From NCBI GenBank assembly GCA_051294905.1, contig CM119372.1:1736001-1800000 (forward strand): DNA of 64,000 bases. Reading direction: 5' to 3'. Below are positions 26,371 through 38,196 of the stretch, in pieces. This DNA is from Botryllus schlosseri (taxonomy: Eukaryota). Every line of letters begins with the position of its first letter. Position 1 is the first letter of the stretch. The position numbers and the translations under genes are program-made. The notes beneath the pieces were generated by a model. It saw only the letters and a list, made by a program, of their open reading frames with translations, made no database searches and was not told the origin of the DNA.

Positions 26371-28558
26371 GCCTAGGCGATGTAAAGAGGCGGCATGCCT
26401 GCCGCTGAATCAAAAGTAAAAGAAGATAGTATAGAAAAAAGCAAGCGACAAAAATGGTGGCATGTCATGGAAGACGAGATCGATCGGTCAGGTCGTGGTC
26501 AGGTAATCTTGAGGACGGACTAGTATTTATTTAGTAGTAATTGTGCTAATAGTGGTAGGCCTAATTAGGCTTTATTGTATAATTTTGTTTTCCACTAAAA
26601 AGATCGTTCTGCTCGGTTGTATTTCTTTCTTTTTATGGCGTCGATTATTTAATAAAATCGCAAGTGCCTTACCAAGTCATTCTTGGTAAAACAGTGACTG
26701 CCACAAATGTCCAAGATATCGATTCTCGTATAATCTCACCATTTCCATATCTCAAAATTCGTAAAATACCTGCTGCAACGAAAACACAATACAACTTTCT
26801 GTCATATTTTACTAAACTAAGCATCAAATATCATCACTCTGATGAGTCGTAAAAAATATACCCTATATATCGACTTACTTGACTGTAAGAGCATAAAACG
26901 ATGGTTCTCAATCGTGGTGTGGATTGAATTGCCCAGGGGTGCCGCGGGTGTCTGATTAAAGGACTACTCCAAGTCGTTTCGGCACCCTCATGTCTTTTCA
27001 TATATCGCAATCTTGTGGTGTATGGTGTATTGATTTGATTTGATGACGATGAGAACCGGTCATCGGCGGCAATGAGACCGTGATGACCAAGAGATTGGGC
27101 TGAAATCTTGTTAGTCATGTTTTTAGTCAGGTTCTCAGAACGTGCATGCACGATTACTGAAATATGTAGCGTGCTGTCCCTAACTATTATACATTTTCAG
27201 AGAGTGCATCGAGGTTAAAATGGTTGAGAATTATAGGCTATACTGACATAAAACGCCTATAATAGAGACATTTTCGACCATATTCCGAATGATGCGCGAA
27301 ATTCGTAGACTTAATTAATCGACCTCTGTTCGTTCATATTATCATCAAGATTGCGAGCCAATAGTATACAATGAAAAGATAGAAGAGAGTCGAAACTACC
27401 TAATAAACTAGTCTTTCAATCATACTTTTTTATTATTATTAATAGCACATTTACAGTGGCGCTTATCGCCTTTCAATCATACTTGTAACCGACTGAATTA
27501 TTGACCTTCAGATATAATAATAAAAGACGAAGAACATGCAAAATGTAGCATGCAGAATGAATGAAAAATAACATAATATAGGATAAATTACAAATGAAAT
27601 ATATATGAATCGGCACGGTGTCGATGGGCGGAATAGATATACGCCTATGTCAGATGGGGGTCTGGTAACTCTGGCAAACTACAGTACGTCTATAGGCCTA
27701 TATAAGCGTATAGATATTAGATATACATTTCTGACTGGGAGTAGCCTAGATAGCAATATCCAAATACAATTCATTTGTAACCGCGAGCAATGGCTCTCGC
27801 GAAATCCAGGCCTCGGTGGTTATAAGATTTCTCATCTAATGGACGCCTTCGCCCGATATTTCCGATATAGTATATCTGCTAATTGCCCTTAAGTCCGGTG
27901 ACTTAAAAAGGTCATATTTGCATCCCGTAAAAGCACCTGATGCTGGGATATCTAGAATCTAGATATCCCTACACCTACAGTCTACACCTGTTAGCTTAAA
28001 AATCAGGCGGGCGATGAGGCTCGTAGAGACCAGATATGCCAATGCCCAAACCTTTTTCGACAGCGAAACGCACTACAATTTGGTAAGGTACCGTTATAGT
28101 TACTTCCGTCTACAACACTGAGCTATATAAATAAATCTAATAAGTTCGCCGCTTGTTTTGGTTATGGCTATATTGAGGCAAATCTGGCATTGTTTTATTC
28201 TCGATCGGTCACGTACGGTTCCGTCACTTATCACGTACGTTTCCGCCGACTTTTGATTTCAATCGATAAATTTGGCGTGTTTTCTCAGAATTTGGCAGAT
28301 GCAAAGTTATAAATGCATTCAGTCGCTATCTCATTTTGGTGGATTCGGCATGACTTATTTTCCCGCTTCAGTGCAATTTGGTCAGGTTGACGCGTACCTC
28401 ACGAGCTCGTCTCGCGAGGCGCTGTATAATTAGCACGCCTGAGCTAGTTTTTTTTTAAATGGGATATTATTTGGAAACGATAAAATTTCATAATTTAAAC
28501 ATATTTCTAGCAGTATCAGTATCAGTTTTTATAATCAATTTCATCACGTCAGAACACC

Positions 28559-29373
28559 CAGGGCCGTAACAGCACTTCGTCAGGCCCCCCCCCAAACTTT
28601 GGTCGTGGGCCCCCCGATAATTTATGATAAAATCGGTCAGATCGGCGGTTGCATATATATTATGCTATCAATGTATTGTCCTTTCTACTCACGTAATTAG
28701 ATTTACCGCTAGAGCTGAGTGAAGTGTCTTGAAAACGGGAGGGACCGTAAATAATAATTAAACATCTTCGGGCGGGCGGACCCGTTGATATGACTTCGTT
28801 ACATGATGTTATTTTGTGACTTCCAGACTGCTATATCAAAAAATATAGAATCGCCCAAACGTAGGCTTCTAAACTGAGAGACGCACACGATTTCAAATTG
28901 GTATTTCTTCACTGGCATAACATTTTTCCCAGCGTGATGGTATTTGTCTTGTGAGGTTCAGATTGCAAAGACAGGAACATTCGGCGCCAATCATTTAGGC
29001 GCCTATGGACAATTAAACCTACATGTATTCTGTATATACAACAAAGTCTTTGGTCAGCATAAGGGCATAGACCCTTTCGGCAAAGGTTTTCTCGCTGCCG
29101 ATCGTTCTGGCACACTTCTTGGAGTCGCATGTTATATGGCATCAAGCTTGATTGTATGTCTTGGTGGGTCGTGGCGCGGTGATGGCTCAATACCCGATAA
29201 TGAAGAGAATGGCCACTTGAATTCGCGCGCAGCGCGAAAAAATTTTGAAAAAATTGCATAAATTTTGAAAAAATACCCAATGATTTATGCTAATTCACGA
29301 AATAATTTTGGGCCCCCTTCGAGCTCGGGCCCCCCCCAATTGGGGGGTTTGGGGTGCGGCAGTTACGGTGCTG
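28559..29373 (-). mobile_element. Non-autonomous hAT element, copy 2
   Basis: TIR CAGGGCCGTAAC / GTTACGGTGCTG with a perfect TSD AGAACACC. The interior is homologous to 21564-22862 in reverse orientation. Confidence 0.9.
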
Positions 29374-30232
29374 AGAACACCACAAGACTGTGATACAATG
29401 ACAAGATAGGAAGGGGTCGAAACAACTTGGAATGTAGTCTTTGAAATCAGACCCCCACCCGGGACTAGGCGATGTAAAGAGGAGGCATACACATTACACA
29501 TGCACTTTAAACACTGAATGAAAAATAAAATAATATAATATAAAGGGACAAGCGACAAAATGTGGTGGGACATCTAAATAGGCTCCCACCTACCACTGAT
29601 GTGACGGAAGGCAAAATCGATGTCAGGTCGTGGTCCTGTAAACTTGCGCGCTGACTAGTATTCATTCAGTGAAAATTGGTTTTATTTCGACTTGAATGTG
29701 GACAATGACATGCTCGACGACTGTCGGATAGCCGGCGATAGACACTGTTCCACACTGCAGGTCCGGCATATTTGATAGCGTAGCTTATACAGAGATAGAT
29801 ATCCCTGATAACAAGTAGTCAATAAACAAGACCACTTGACTAAGTATAGCCAGTAGGTGAAACCTACTTGTGTATTCTGTAACTGACCACTTCTGGCGAC
29901 GCAATGATTTCGGGATCTTGTCAGTAGCAAGATTCGAACCCTAACTGAAGCAGTGACGATGAATAATATAGGCTCCGTACTTGAGCCATTCAGAATCTTG
30001 CGTTGCCCTTCAAAGCAATACTTTCACCCGTTCCTTTACAAGACTAAGTGTTTTGACACAAAGAATTATCTAAAGAGGTGTTTCACTAATTTCACATTCT
30101 ACAACTTCAAGTATGAATAGAACTACAGTAAATGCTTTGTTGTCGTTAGGTTCCATTGTTCATGTATTTAGAGGTTGATGTAGAGGTTGCATTGTAATTA
30201 TACCCTGTGTTCTGTTATCTACTGCTCCTTTG

Positions 30233-31474
30233 CAGGACCGTAACTGCACTTCGTCAGCCCCCCCCCCAAAAAAAAAAAAAAAACGTTGGTCTTTTGGGCC
30301 CCCAAAGGGTGATAAACCAAACTTCTGGGGGGCTTCTCCACCCAGACCCCCCATTCGCTTTGTCATCTTTGCGCGACTTATCAACGACATTTATTGTACT
30401 GTTTAGTGAGACTCATTTCTTCGCCTAAACGCGCGAAACGCGAAAGTTTTCAACAAATCACGATCGAATCCGTCAATATGTTGCTATCAATATTTTATCC
30501 TCCCTGCTCAGTGCTCACGTTATCAGATCTCCCGGTAGAGCTGGTCTTGGAAACTGTAGAGCCCGTAAATAATAACTGTACATTTAGGCGATATATCAAC
30601 TTCATTACATGATGTTGTTTCGTGACCTCCTGTCTCCTATGTCAAAAGATATTGAAATCACCCAAACGTACTAAACTAAAAGACGCACACGATTTCAATT
30701 TGGCATTTCTTCCTTGCGGGTAGGCATTTGTCTTGTGGGATTCAGATAGCCAGGACAGGAACATTCGACGCCAGTTATTAAGGCGCCTATGGACAATTAA
30801 ACATGGTCTATGTATATACCGAAGTTTTCGGTCATCATAAGGGCAGTCCTTTTCGGCACAGGTTTTCTCGCCGCCGATCGTTCTGGCACACTTCTTGGAG
30901 TCGCATGGTAGGCCTACGTGGCGTAGAACTGTATATGTCTTGGTGCGTCGTGGCGCGGTAGGCCTAATGGTCGACGCCGAAATGGCCATTTGTATCAAGC
31001 ATGCATAATTTATCTTTTTTGTGGGTTGGGGAGAGTATCCAATAATCCAGATACGTGACAACGTTAAGAGAGAGAGAGAAAGAGATATGATATTCTTTTT
31101 CGCCTGCACCATCGAGATGCTTTGACGACGGAGTTGCGATACGGCCCCATGAGGTCATCTAGTCTGCGCCCCCGTTTTTTTTTTCTCCTCCATGCTATCC
31201 GTGATTGCTGAGCGCCTAGTAGGATAGCTGCGGATACCAATTTTCGAGTCTTTGGTATGACCCGGCCGGGGATCGAACCCACGACCTACCGCTCGAGAAG
31301 CCGGACGCATAAGCATTACACTATCTCGCTCGGCGAAGCGCGAAAATTTTTTTATAAGTTGCAAAAATTTCAACAAAAAAAAACACTATAATTTATGCTA
31401 ATTTACGAAATAATTTTGGGATCCCTTCGAACTCGCCCCCCCCCCAATTGGGGGGTTTGGCAGTTACGGGCCTG
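30233..31474 (-). mobile_element. Non-autonomous hAT element, copy 3 (carries SINE insertion)
   Basis: TIR CAGGACCGTAAC / GTTACGGGCCTG; TSD CTCCTTTG/CTCCTTCG. Confidence 0.9.
31066..31335 (-). mobile_element. tRNA-derived SINE inserted in a hAT element
   Basis: The minus strand has an A-box-like TAGTGTAATGC and a B-box GGTTCGATCCC. The central GGTCATACCAAAGAC...GGCGCTCAGCA resembles the conserved Meta-SINE domain as I recall it. It ends in a TC microsatellite and is absent from the other two copies of the host element. A decayed relative lies at ~36053-36135 (+). Confidence 0.75.
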
Positions 31475-31803
31475 CTCCTTCGTTCAACTTGACCTTTTAT
31501 ATTATCTTTTACTTTTAATTCAGCGCGCATGCCTCCTCTTTACAGCGCCTAGGCCCAGGTGGGTGACTGATTTCAAAGACTATACTCGAAGTCGTTTCGA
31601 CACCTTCCTATCTTTTCATTGTAACGCAGTCTTGCGTTGTTTCGAAATGATGAAACTATTAAAAAAACTGATGCTGAAACTGAGCTATAACTCCGCCCTG
31701 GACACTGATCGCTTGGCTCGAAGTAATTCTGATTGAATGCGTTGGTTTCATACTTGAAGTTCGTCTTCTGTTTACTGATCTACGAAGACTTGAAAAGTAA
31801 CAC

Positions 31804-31839
31804 TAGTGTCAGAAGTGGGATTCGAACCCACGCCTCCAT
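31804..31839 (-). pseudogene. Isolated 3' portion of tRNA-Leu (CAA/CAG type), retro-copy or extended PBS
   Basis: The minus strand reads ATGGAGGCGTGGGTTCGAATCCCACTTCTGACA-CTA. This corresponds to the variable arm end, T-arm and acceptor 3' strand of metazoan tRNA-Leu, followed by a CCA-like CTA. I found no 5' half nearby. Confidence 0.75.
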
Positions 31840-32619
31840 CCCCATCACCTGTCGACCCAGTGGGAAATTTTACATAAACAAGACTGAAAACAAGTTCTTT
31901 TATTCGCCACAAAACGGCAGTGTAGACAACAGAAATCGCTTGAAAATAAATCGGAAAAATTTCATTGAAAATGCGAAAATTCATAGCGAAAGGTAATATT
32001 TTGAGAAACACCACCAACTTTATACAAAAGGTGTAATTAGTGACAGGTGGGACATGCTGGTATTTATAATGGAGATGACACACCTTCTGGAACGACAGCT
32101 TCACTAAAACGTAAAACGCCAGAGATGGCCAGTACAAATTAGCATGCTAACAATACTTTCCTTTCTGATTCCCAAAAAAATAATTTCTTTTATCAAAATC
32201 CATTAACTAGAACCGAAGATATGGCAGTTCAAAAGTCGTTTTTGCAAGCATACCAATTAATTTTCATGAAAATTTGAGATGGTGGATTACACTTTAATAC
32301 CGAACACCTCTGGTGTAGAAATCATCAAAAACATGTGAAGTGTGAGGCTATAATCAAGAGCGTGCTTTAGCCAACAAAATCTTTAATCCAGGGAGTGTTG
32401 ATATTACCCCATCACACTCTGTAAGAGAGAATTGGGCCTGCTGCACTCTCGGACTCATTTTAACTTTCTCCTTTGGATTCCGCAAATGTTCTGCTCCCGA
32501 ATGCAATACACGTTTCCATTTGACACAATAAACAAGTGGAAGCACATGAATTTCACCAATCTCAAAGGCGGTCAAGTCAGGAACACGTTATGACATTGTC
32601 AAACGTCTCTATAACAATA

Positions 32620-33810
32620 TTACCGTTGCTGATAAGGCATGTTTTGTTGAGGCTGGTTTTGCGCTGGATTCTGATTGTACTGCATGCCTTGATGCGTCTG
32701 CTGGTTGGGATACTGAGGCGGGTAGCTTGAAGGCAGTTGTTGCTGATATGGGACTTGCTGTTGCTCGTGAGGGGCCTGTTGCATCTGATGATTAGGCTGT
32801 GGTGTGTTGTACCCAGTATATCCTGGAGATGCATTTGGAGGAGCAGGACGGCCGTAATATGGCCTTGGCTGGTTTTGAATCATACCTTGATGGGAAGAAA
32901 CAGGGTATTGAGACTGTGGTGGTGGTGGTGCATGTTGGTATGCACCAGGAGGTGGTCCTTGCGAGCCAATTGATGCATTAGGTGGGTATGCATTAGGCTG
33001 TGGACCGTATTGTGCACCCTGCTGTGTCGGTTGCTGATTGGGAAAGGCTGAATTCTGCGGATATGAAGGAGGTTGGCTAAAAGCCTGCGAATAGGATGGG
33101 GTTGACTGTGGGTTTGCTTGAGGGTAAGATGTATTTTGCTCGTTATACTGAGACTGCGGTTGTTGGTATGAAGGCGTTTGATGAGTTGGTAATAACTGCG
33201 GATTTTGAGGAGGATACTGCTGATTTGACGCGGGCGATTGTCTCTGACTCTGGGTCGAATCGACTGGGCTACGTAAAGGCGTTCTTGTTCCTGACGAGTT
33301 CGGTGGCTGATGATACTGAGGGGGGTATGAGTTTGGTTGTGGCGGTGGGTTAAAATTGGGTTTCATTTGCGGTGAGGAACGGTGTGTTTGAGGAGACGCA
33401 TACGGCGCTTGGGGTGTCGGTGGGTTAGAGCCGATACCATTTGACTTAGTGGTGACGACTTGCGGATTGTTAACGCTGACGGGTGCTTCGTTTTGAGGTG
33501 ATTGAAAAGTGGATGCAATATCCGATCTCGGTGGTTTAGGTGAACCTAAACTTCCGGAAACACCTTTCGGTGACGATAACGAAACTTGCGGATTGCCAGT
33601 TTGGTTTGAATCCGCGACCGTGGCGAGCCATACCAAGTTACGGTGCAGTATTTGCTGGTACTGCGCTGATTCTCGAATGTTTCCGCTGCTTTGATTGTCG
33701 ACGATGCACTGGATCAAGTGACCGTTCTCGTCTAGTAGCTTTTGAATGGTTTCTTGCGTGATTTGGCCTTTGTTGCCCCGAACATGTTCGGGAACGAATA
33801 TGCTGGACAT
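32620..33810 (-). CDS. SS18: SS18/SS18L1 (SYT/CREST)-family BAF complex subunit, single coding exon, ~396 aa
   Basis: The ORF from the ATG at 33810 has an SSXT domain (ITQETIQKLLDENGHLIQCIVDNQ...QYQQILHRNLVWLATVADSNQ). A long Q/P/G/Y-rich low-complexity tail follows, ending ...MPYQQR. A ttttcAG acceptor at 33849-33848 lies just upstream, so the track's N-terminal extension to 33990 is probably not coding. Confidence 0.92.
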   Translation of the reverse strand: MSSIFVPEHVRGNKGQITQETIQKLLDENGHLIQCIVDNQSSGNIRESAQYQQILHRNLVWLATVADSNQTGNPQVSLSSPKGVSGSLGSPKPPRSDIASTFQSPQNEAPVSVNNPQVVTTKSNGIGSNPPTPQAPYASPQTHRSSPQMKPNFNPPPQPNSYPPQYHQPPNSSGTRTPLRSPVDSTQSQRQSPASNQQYPPQNPQLLPTHQTPSYQQPQSQYNEQNTSYPQANPQSTPSYSQAFSQPPSYPQNSAFPNQQPTQQGAQYGPQPNAYPPNASIGSQGPPPGAYQHAPPPPQSQYPVSSHQGMIQNQPRPYYGRPAPPNASPGYTGYNTPQPNHQMQQAPHEQQQVPYQQQLPSSYPPQYPNQQTHQGMQYNQNPAQNQPQQNMPYQQR

Positions 33811-34149
33811 TGTAGCCGTTATTACAGGTGATATATAATTATTCAATCTGAAAAATATCAACACTGTAGGACAATGGTGAGCCAAACACAGATAGTTTGG
33901 AACCGGTCTTATATGAAAATGTGGCCAACCTGAGAATGATAGGGCCATGAAGGTACTTGTTCTGCTCGGGTATACAAGATTTGTGAGCAAACATTTCCGA
34001 CTATTAATATTAACAAGACAAAGTTGCGTTTCAATCTAACTGATGGTCACGTATAGCTTCTACGTTCGAAGAACTTGTTGTCAACTTAGACTGACCACAG
34101 ACGTCTCCTTGACTTGATGACTTCAAATTCATGGAATACAAGTTTTGGT

Positions 34150-34590
34150 CAATCGAATAGTATATTCATATTGAAATGAACCCGAATATTTTCGGCTGAC
34201 ACTCGTCAGGGGTAATCATCAGCAACTAGTAGAGAATTCGAAAGAACAGCATATATCAACAATCGTAACACAAAATATGACGTCACCAGCACGAAATGTC
34301 GAATACGAGAGCGTTCCATGTACTATTTTTAGATGATACACAAACTCTTTTTGTTGACACAGCCTTGGCTGGTGTATTTTGATAAAAGTCGACTCCAAGG
34401 CACACAAATGAAAGTGTGAGCGACCCTTTCCGAGTATGCGAAATCTGTCGTCTTGATAATTTTTCGCACAGGCGGGATTATCCAACAAGTGTTTGCCAAT
34501 TGCAGAATTTATGGCCTTTGATTGTTCCGCATCAATCTTGAGCGGATAAGTTAAGGGTGAGCTTTTCACCGAGCGTGTTCTGGTCACAAT
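34150..34590 (-). mobile_element. 5'-truncated Penelope-like retroelement (GIY-YIG endonuclease C-terminus + pLTR-like tail)
   Basis: ORF 34219-34587 contains SAIGKHL...FRILGK...LESTFIKIHQPRLCQQKE, the C-terminal half of a PLE-type GIY-YIG domain. It is followed directly by a hammerhead-bearing tail that recurs elsewhere in the window. Confidence 0.8.
34177..34218 (-). ncRNA. Minimal type I hammerhead ribozyme (Penelope-associated)
   Basis: The minus strand reads ACCC-CUGACGA-GUGUCAGCC-GAAA-AUAU-UC-GGGU. It has stem I ACCC/GGGU, an intact CUGANGA and GAAA core, a G-C closed minimal stem II, a palindromic helix III (AAUAUU) and a UUC cleavage triplet. The predicted cut is between 34184 and 34183. 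Confidence 0.8.
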
Positions 34591-34880
34591 TTGAACTTGA
34601 AGTTTACATCAAATATGATTTATTCCTTGTATAGATGGATAAATACACTATTTATGTATCGATTCAGGAATCTGGCTCGCCAAGTAGTGCTACTTATTTT
34701 CCCACATCACGCCCGCCGACTGATGAAGTTGCCCACCGGCCACCCCAAGTCCCCCAAACTGTGATTTTTTTATATGGCATGCAGACAAAATATACGACAC
34801 CGATTATCGCATTATTACGGGATTGCCAGCCCAGCAGGAGTACGGTAATTTAAATGTCCTAATTTATGATAGTAAAAGCT

Positions 34881-35256
34881 CAGAGTGGAATTGGTGGCAA
34901 ACGTCACGCGCAACTTTTCATTTAATTCTTTAATTATTCTATGGAAGAAACCCTTCTGTCACGCGCAACTTATTGACGAAAACAACCACTGATTCCAGTC
35001 TGGGTAAAAGCCAGATTTGACTAAAACACTTCTTCGACGTTGTAGGTTGATGATAAACGACTCCTAAGTAATTGATTTTGTAGTTCGAAGACAAGATGTC
35101 TCGGGCCCAGACTGGAAACAGTGGTTGTTTTCCCCAATAAGATGCATGTGACAGGAAGGTTTCTCGCATAGAACAATTAGGTAATTAAATGGAAAGTTGC
35201 GCGTGACGATGGGGTCGATGTCTCGATGCCAATGCCATGCCACCAATTCCACCCTG
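34881..35256. mobile_element. MITE
   Basis: TIR CAGAGTGGAATTGGTGGCA / TGCCACCAATTCCACCCTG, with internal inverted GTCACGCGCAACTT motifs. Confidence 0.7.
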
Positions 35257-35801
35257 GTCTTGGGCTGAAGTGTCGGCACTCGACACTTCTTTGATACAAA
35301 CACTGGCCTAACCCTTGGTTATAAGTTTACGGGTTATAAACATGATATTCCACACACCAAAGTGAGGGTTAGTTATTAGATTACGTGATTGGATAAAAGC
35401 CATAAAAGGGCTATTGTTTGTAAATTCTCTGATTGTGCAAGCGAACGGGGACAGTTCCATGCTACTGTCTAAAACAGTACGGTATCCATCCACATGCATT
35501 TCAGACTACATATGTATCAGAAAATAGGGCATGCTCGATGATCGAAAATATCCCGTACCGAGCCCGAAATTGCAGCTAAACTGACCCAAGCACCGAATAC
35601 CGTATTCAATGCTATAGCGATCTGACTCCGTACATTGAATATATCTGTCGTGAAATACAAGTTCCGTCATAATGGTCTTAAACAACGAACGACTAAGCTT
35701 TCTATCAATTGTCAAAATCCGACAAACCTGTCCCGTATTCCATATTGCTAGCGTATAGGTTATGCTGATTATCCTCCAACATTGACAGCAACTACGATTA
35801 C

Positions 35802-35900
35802 CAAATGTTTCTGCACAAACAGAAAATGGCGCCGACACCTAGCGCCACCTTACGACACACTGGTGATCCGACATTACCGCAGTAAGCGGATGACGTCAAC
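35802..35900 (-). promoter_or_regulatory. Candidate SS18 promoter / non-coding first exon
   Basis: YY1-type AAAATGGCG (35823-35831), palindromic CRE TGACGTCA (35891-35898) and a minus-strand donor TTG|GTAATC at 35802. Confidence 0.4.
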
Positions 35901-38063
35901 TCGCAGTTCGTTTATGCGAATTTTGGCATTTTTTGAGTCGTTTAGTGTCATCATTCAACTTTAAGCATGTTGGGACTCTTTTGGCACCTCGCTTTTCTTC
36001 AAAAATGGCAATAAAAACCTTGTTTTCAGCGCTTCAGCGCTCCAGCGCTTTCCGCGGCCGGATCGGACCAAAGACATGATCGGTAACACCGGTAACCATG
36101 CCTTCCCTGCTTACTGGGATAGCATGGAGGGGTGGTGCAAGACTTAGAAAGCCGTACAAGGCTATATCTGCACCTTCCTTGTCCAACGGCATGATCTCAT
36201 GGTATGCGTATGCACAGATCGTGTGTATGTCTACCATGAGTCGGTGTAGCCTATATGCCGCAGAAACATCAAGGACAAAAATAAACTACGTCCTTACCTT
36301 TCCTATGGTTTCTAACTATAGATGCAAATGCCTATTAGTATATAGCCTATACAGTAGGGTTTTCCACATATAACTTTCCTTCTGGATCCCGGAGATTCAC
36401 TGATTAAATTGTTAGGTTGCAGTAATAACGATGACCAATTCCAACCAGTATACGCCGACGCCTATTGTAATTTTTGAATTTATTATAAAGTATTTTTAAA
36501 AAAGTCAAATTTTACTGTCAACCCCATAAAATTGTTTAGATGTCTACAGAAACGTTGCGAAACAAGTTTTACACAATTGCAATTGCAGCGAAGTTATTTG
36601 AGTTTTTCATTCAAAATTCTGGTATTTTCCACTGTCATCGATGCTATTTTTGCAAATCCAAAACTTTCAACTGCAATTATTTCGCTTCTATGGGTTCAAC
36701 TGCAATAATTTCTCTTCTATTGTAAATTCGTCGGCGTAGGCTATATTGGTTGGAATTGAGAAAAATGTGGTATAGGCTACATGTAGCGTTTTATTAGGCA
36801 ACCTAACAATTTAATCAGTGAATCCCCATAGGATCAGGTAAAAAGAAGTTATTTTTGAACAACCATATTATACAGCTTTTATATAAGCAGGGTCATTCCA
36901 TGCCTGCACCAACACCAGTGATATCTATCCATTGTGATATCCATTTTCCGGCATCTTTCCTAATGTCCTTTTTAACTAACATTTGTTCCAGCCAGACTGT
37001 GTAGAGAGCAACGAGTGTACCTGTTTGGTGCGGGTGTGATCAGACTAGTTGACCTCCAAGGTCGTATCGATCATTCCTGTCTGATACCGAATACTGTGCA
37101 ACGTGCATGCATAATTTTTGAAGCACCATTATTGCTGTCTAAGTATTTCGGATGGATGAAAATACTCCCTTTCTTTTACGATTTTTGAAATAACTACATA
37201 GGCCGCTACTTATTTTCTGATCTTAGATTTTTGTCGAAGTAGAGGAGTCGCCTACCTTTGAGGCTTGCATCAATTTTATGGGTGAAATCGTCATAACTGG
37301 ACAAAATATAGTCTTTGTATCACGGAATCTGAATACATTTTCCAAAATATTTATATCGTCTGTAGTATCCACGCTTAATACGTTTCTGTAGATTGCTGGT
37401 TAACAAGATCGACTTTACGCCAACAGAGCGTTGAAAGAACAGAACCATTGAACCATTGAAACTTTCATACAAACGAAAGCGTATACGCAGTTGGAAATGC
37501 GAGGTTTCGCCTTCAGAAGTGTCATTGTATTGTTCGGTCGAAACGCAACAGCGTGTTGTTTCTTGAAAATGAGCTACAATAATACTAGAGATAGAATCAA
37601 TAGTTTGATAATGACCGGGGTTCAAATCGAACCTAACCTCTGGGTATACGCCACTGCGCACGACGTGCCACCTCAATAGTCACAAGTTGACTATGGATCT
37701 GGCAACCAATGATGGTCAAGTCGGGCGTGCCATCAAAATTCATCTATATGAGTTGAGCGTTGTTTGACCTCCAACAGAACACCCTCAGCCTGGCTCAGGA
37801 AACCTCGGTTAAGGATCGCTGATCCAAAGTAATGTTCCAGTAGGCTACTCCGCAAAAATCGTCTCACGACTGTCGAATCACTACAGCTATTATTAACCTA
37901 CTGGACTCGGATTCGCAATCGAATCAATGTCCTATTTATAATGCTACACCTTAGGGTTGAAATCTGACAGTCTTCGCGTTGTACAATTTTGTCCCTCCAT
38001 ATTTATTCTGTCCGCAAGCACGCTGAATGTGCGTAAAACCAAAACCATATAGCCTTCGTGTTA

Positions 38064-38115
38064 GTGCCTTTCTACTACGATGTGCCTTTCTACTACGATG
38101 TGCCTTTCTACTACG
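38064..38115. repeat. 18-bp tandem repeat, ~3 copies
   Basis: (GTGCCTTTCTACTACGAT) x ~3, just 3' of the ZP gene stop codon. Confidence 0.9.
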
Positions 38116-38196
38116 CCGGTTATCGTATTGAAGGAATATACGTACAAAACACGACTCATTTCTCAAATCTTATAAGTACGAACACAGTGTTCAATT

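Noticed and set aside
31620..31625. TGTAAC as LTR start before the tRNA-Leu PBS-like site
   Set aside because: It is part of the adjacent inverted-repeat arm (31527-31643).
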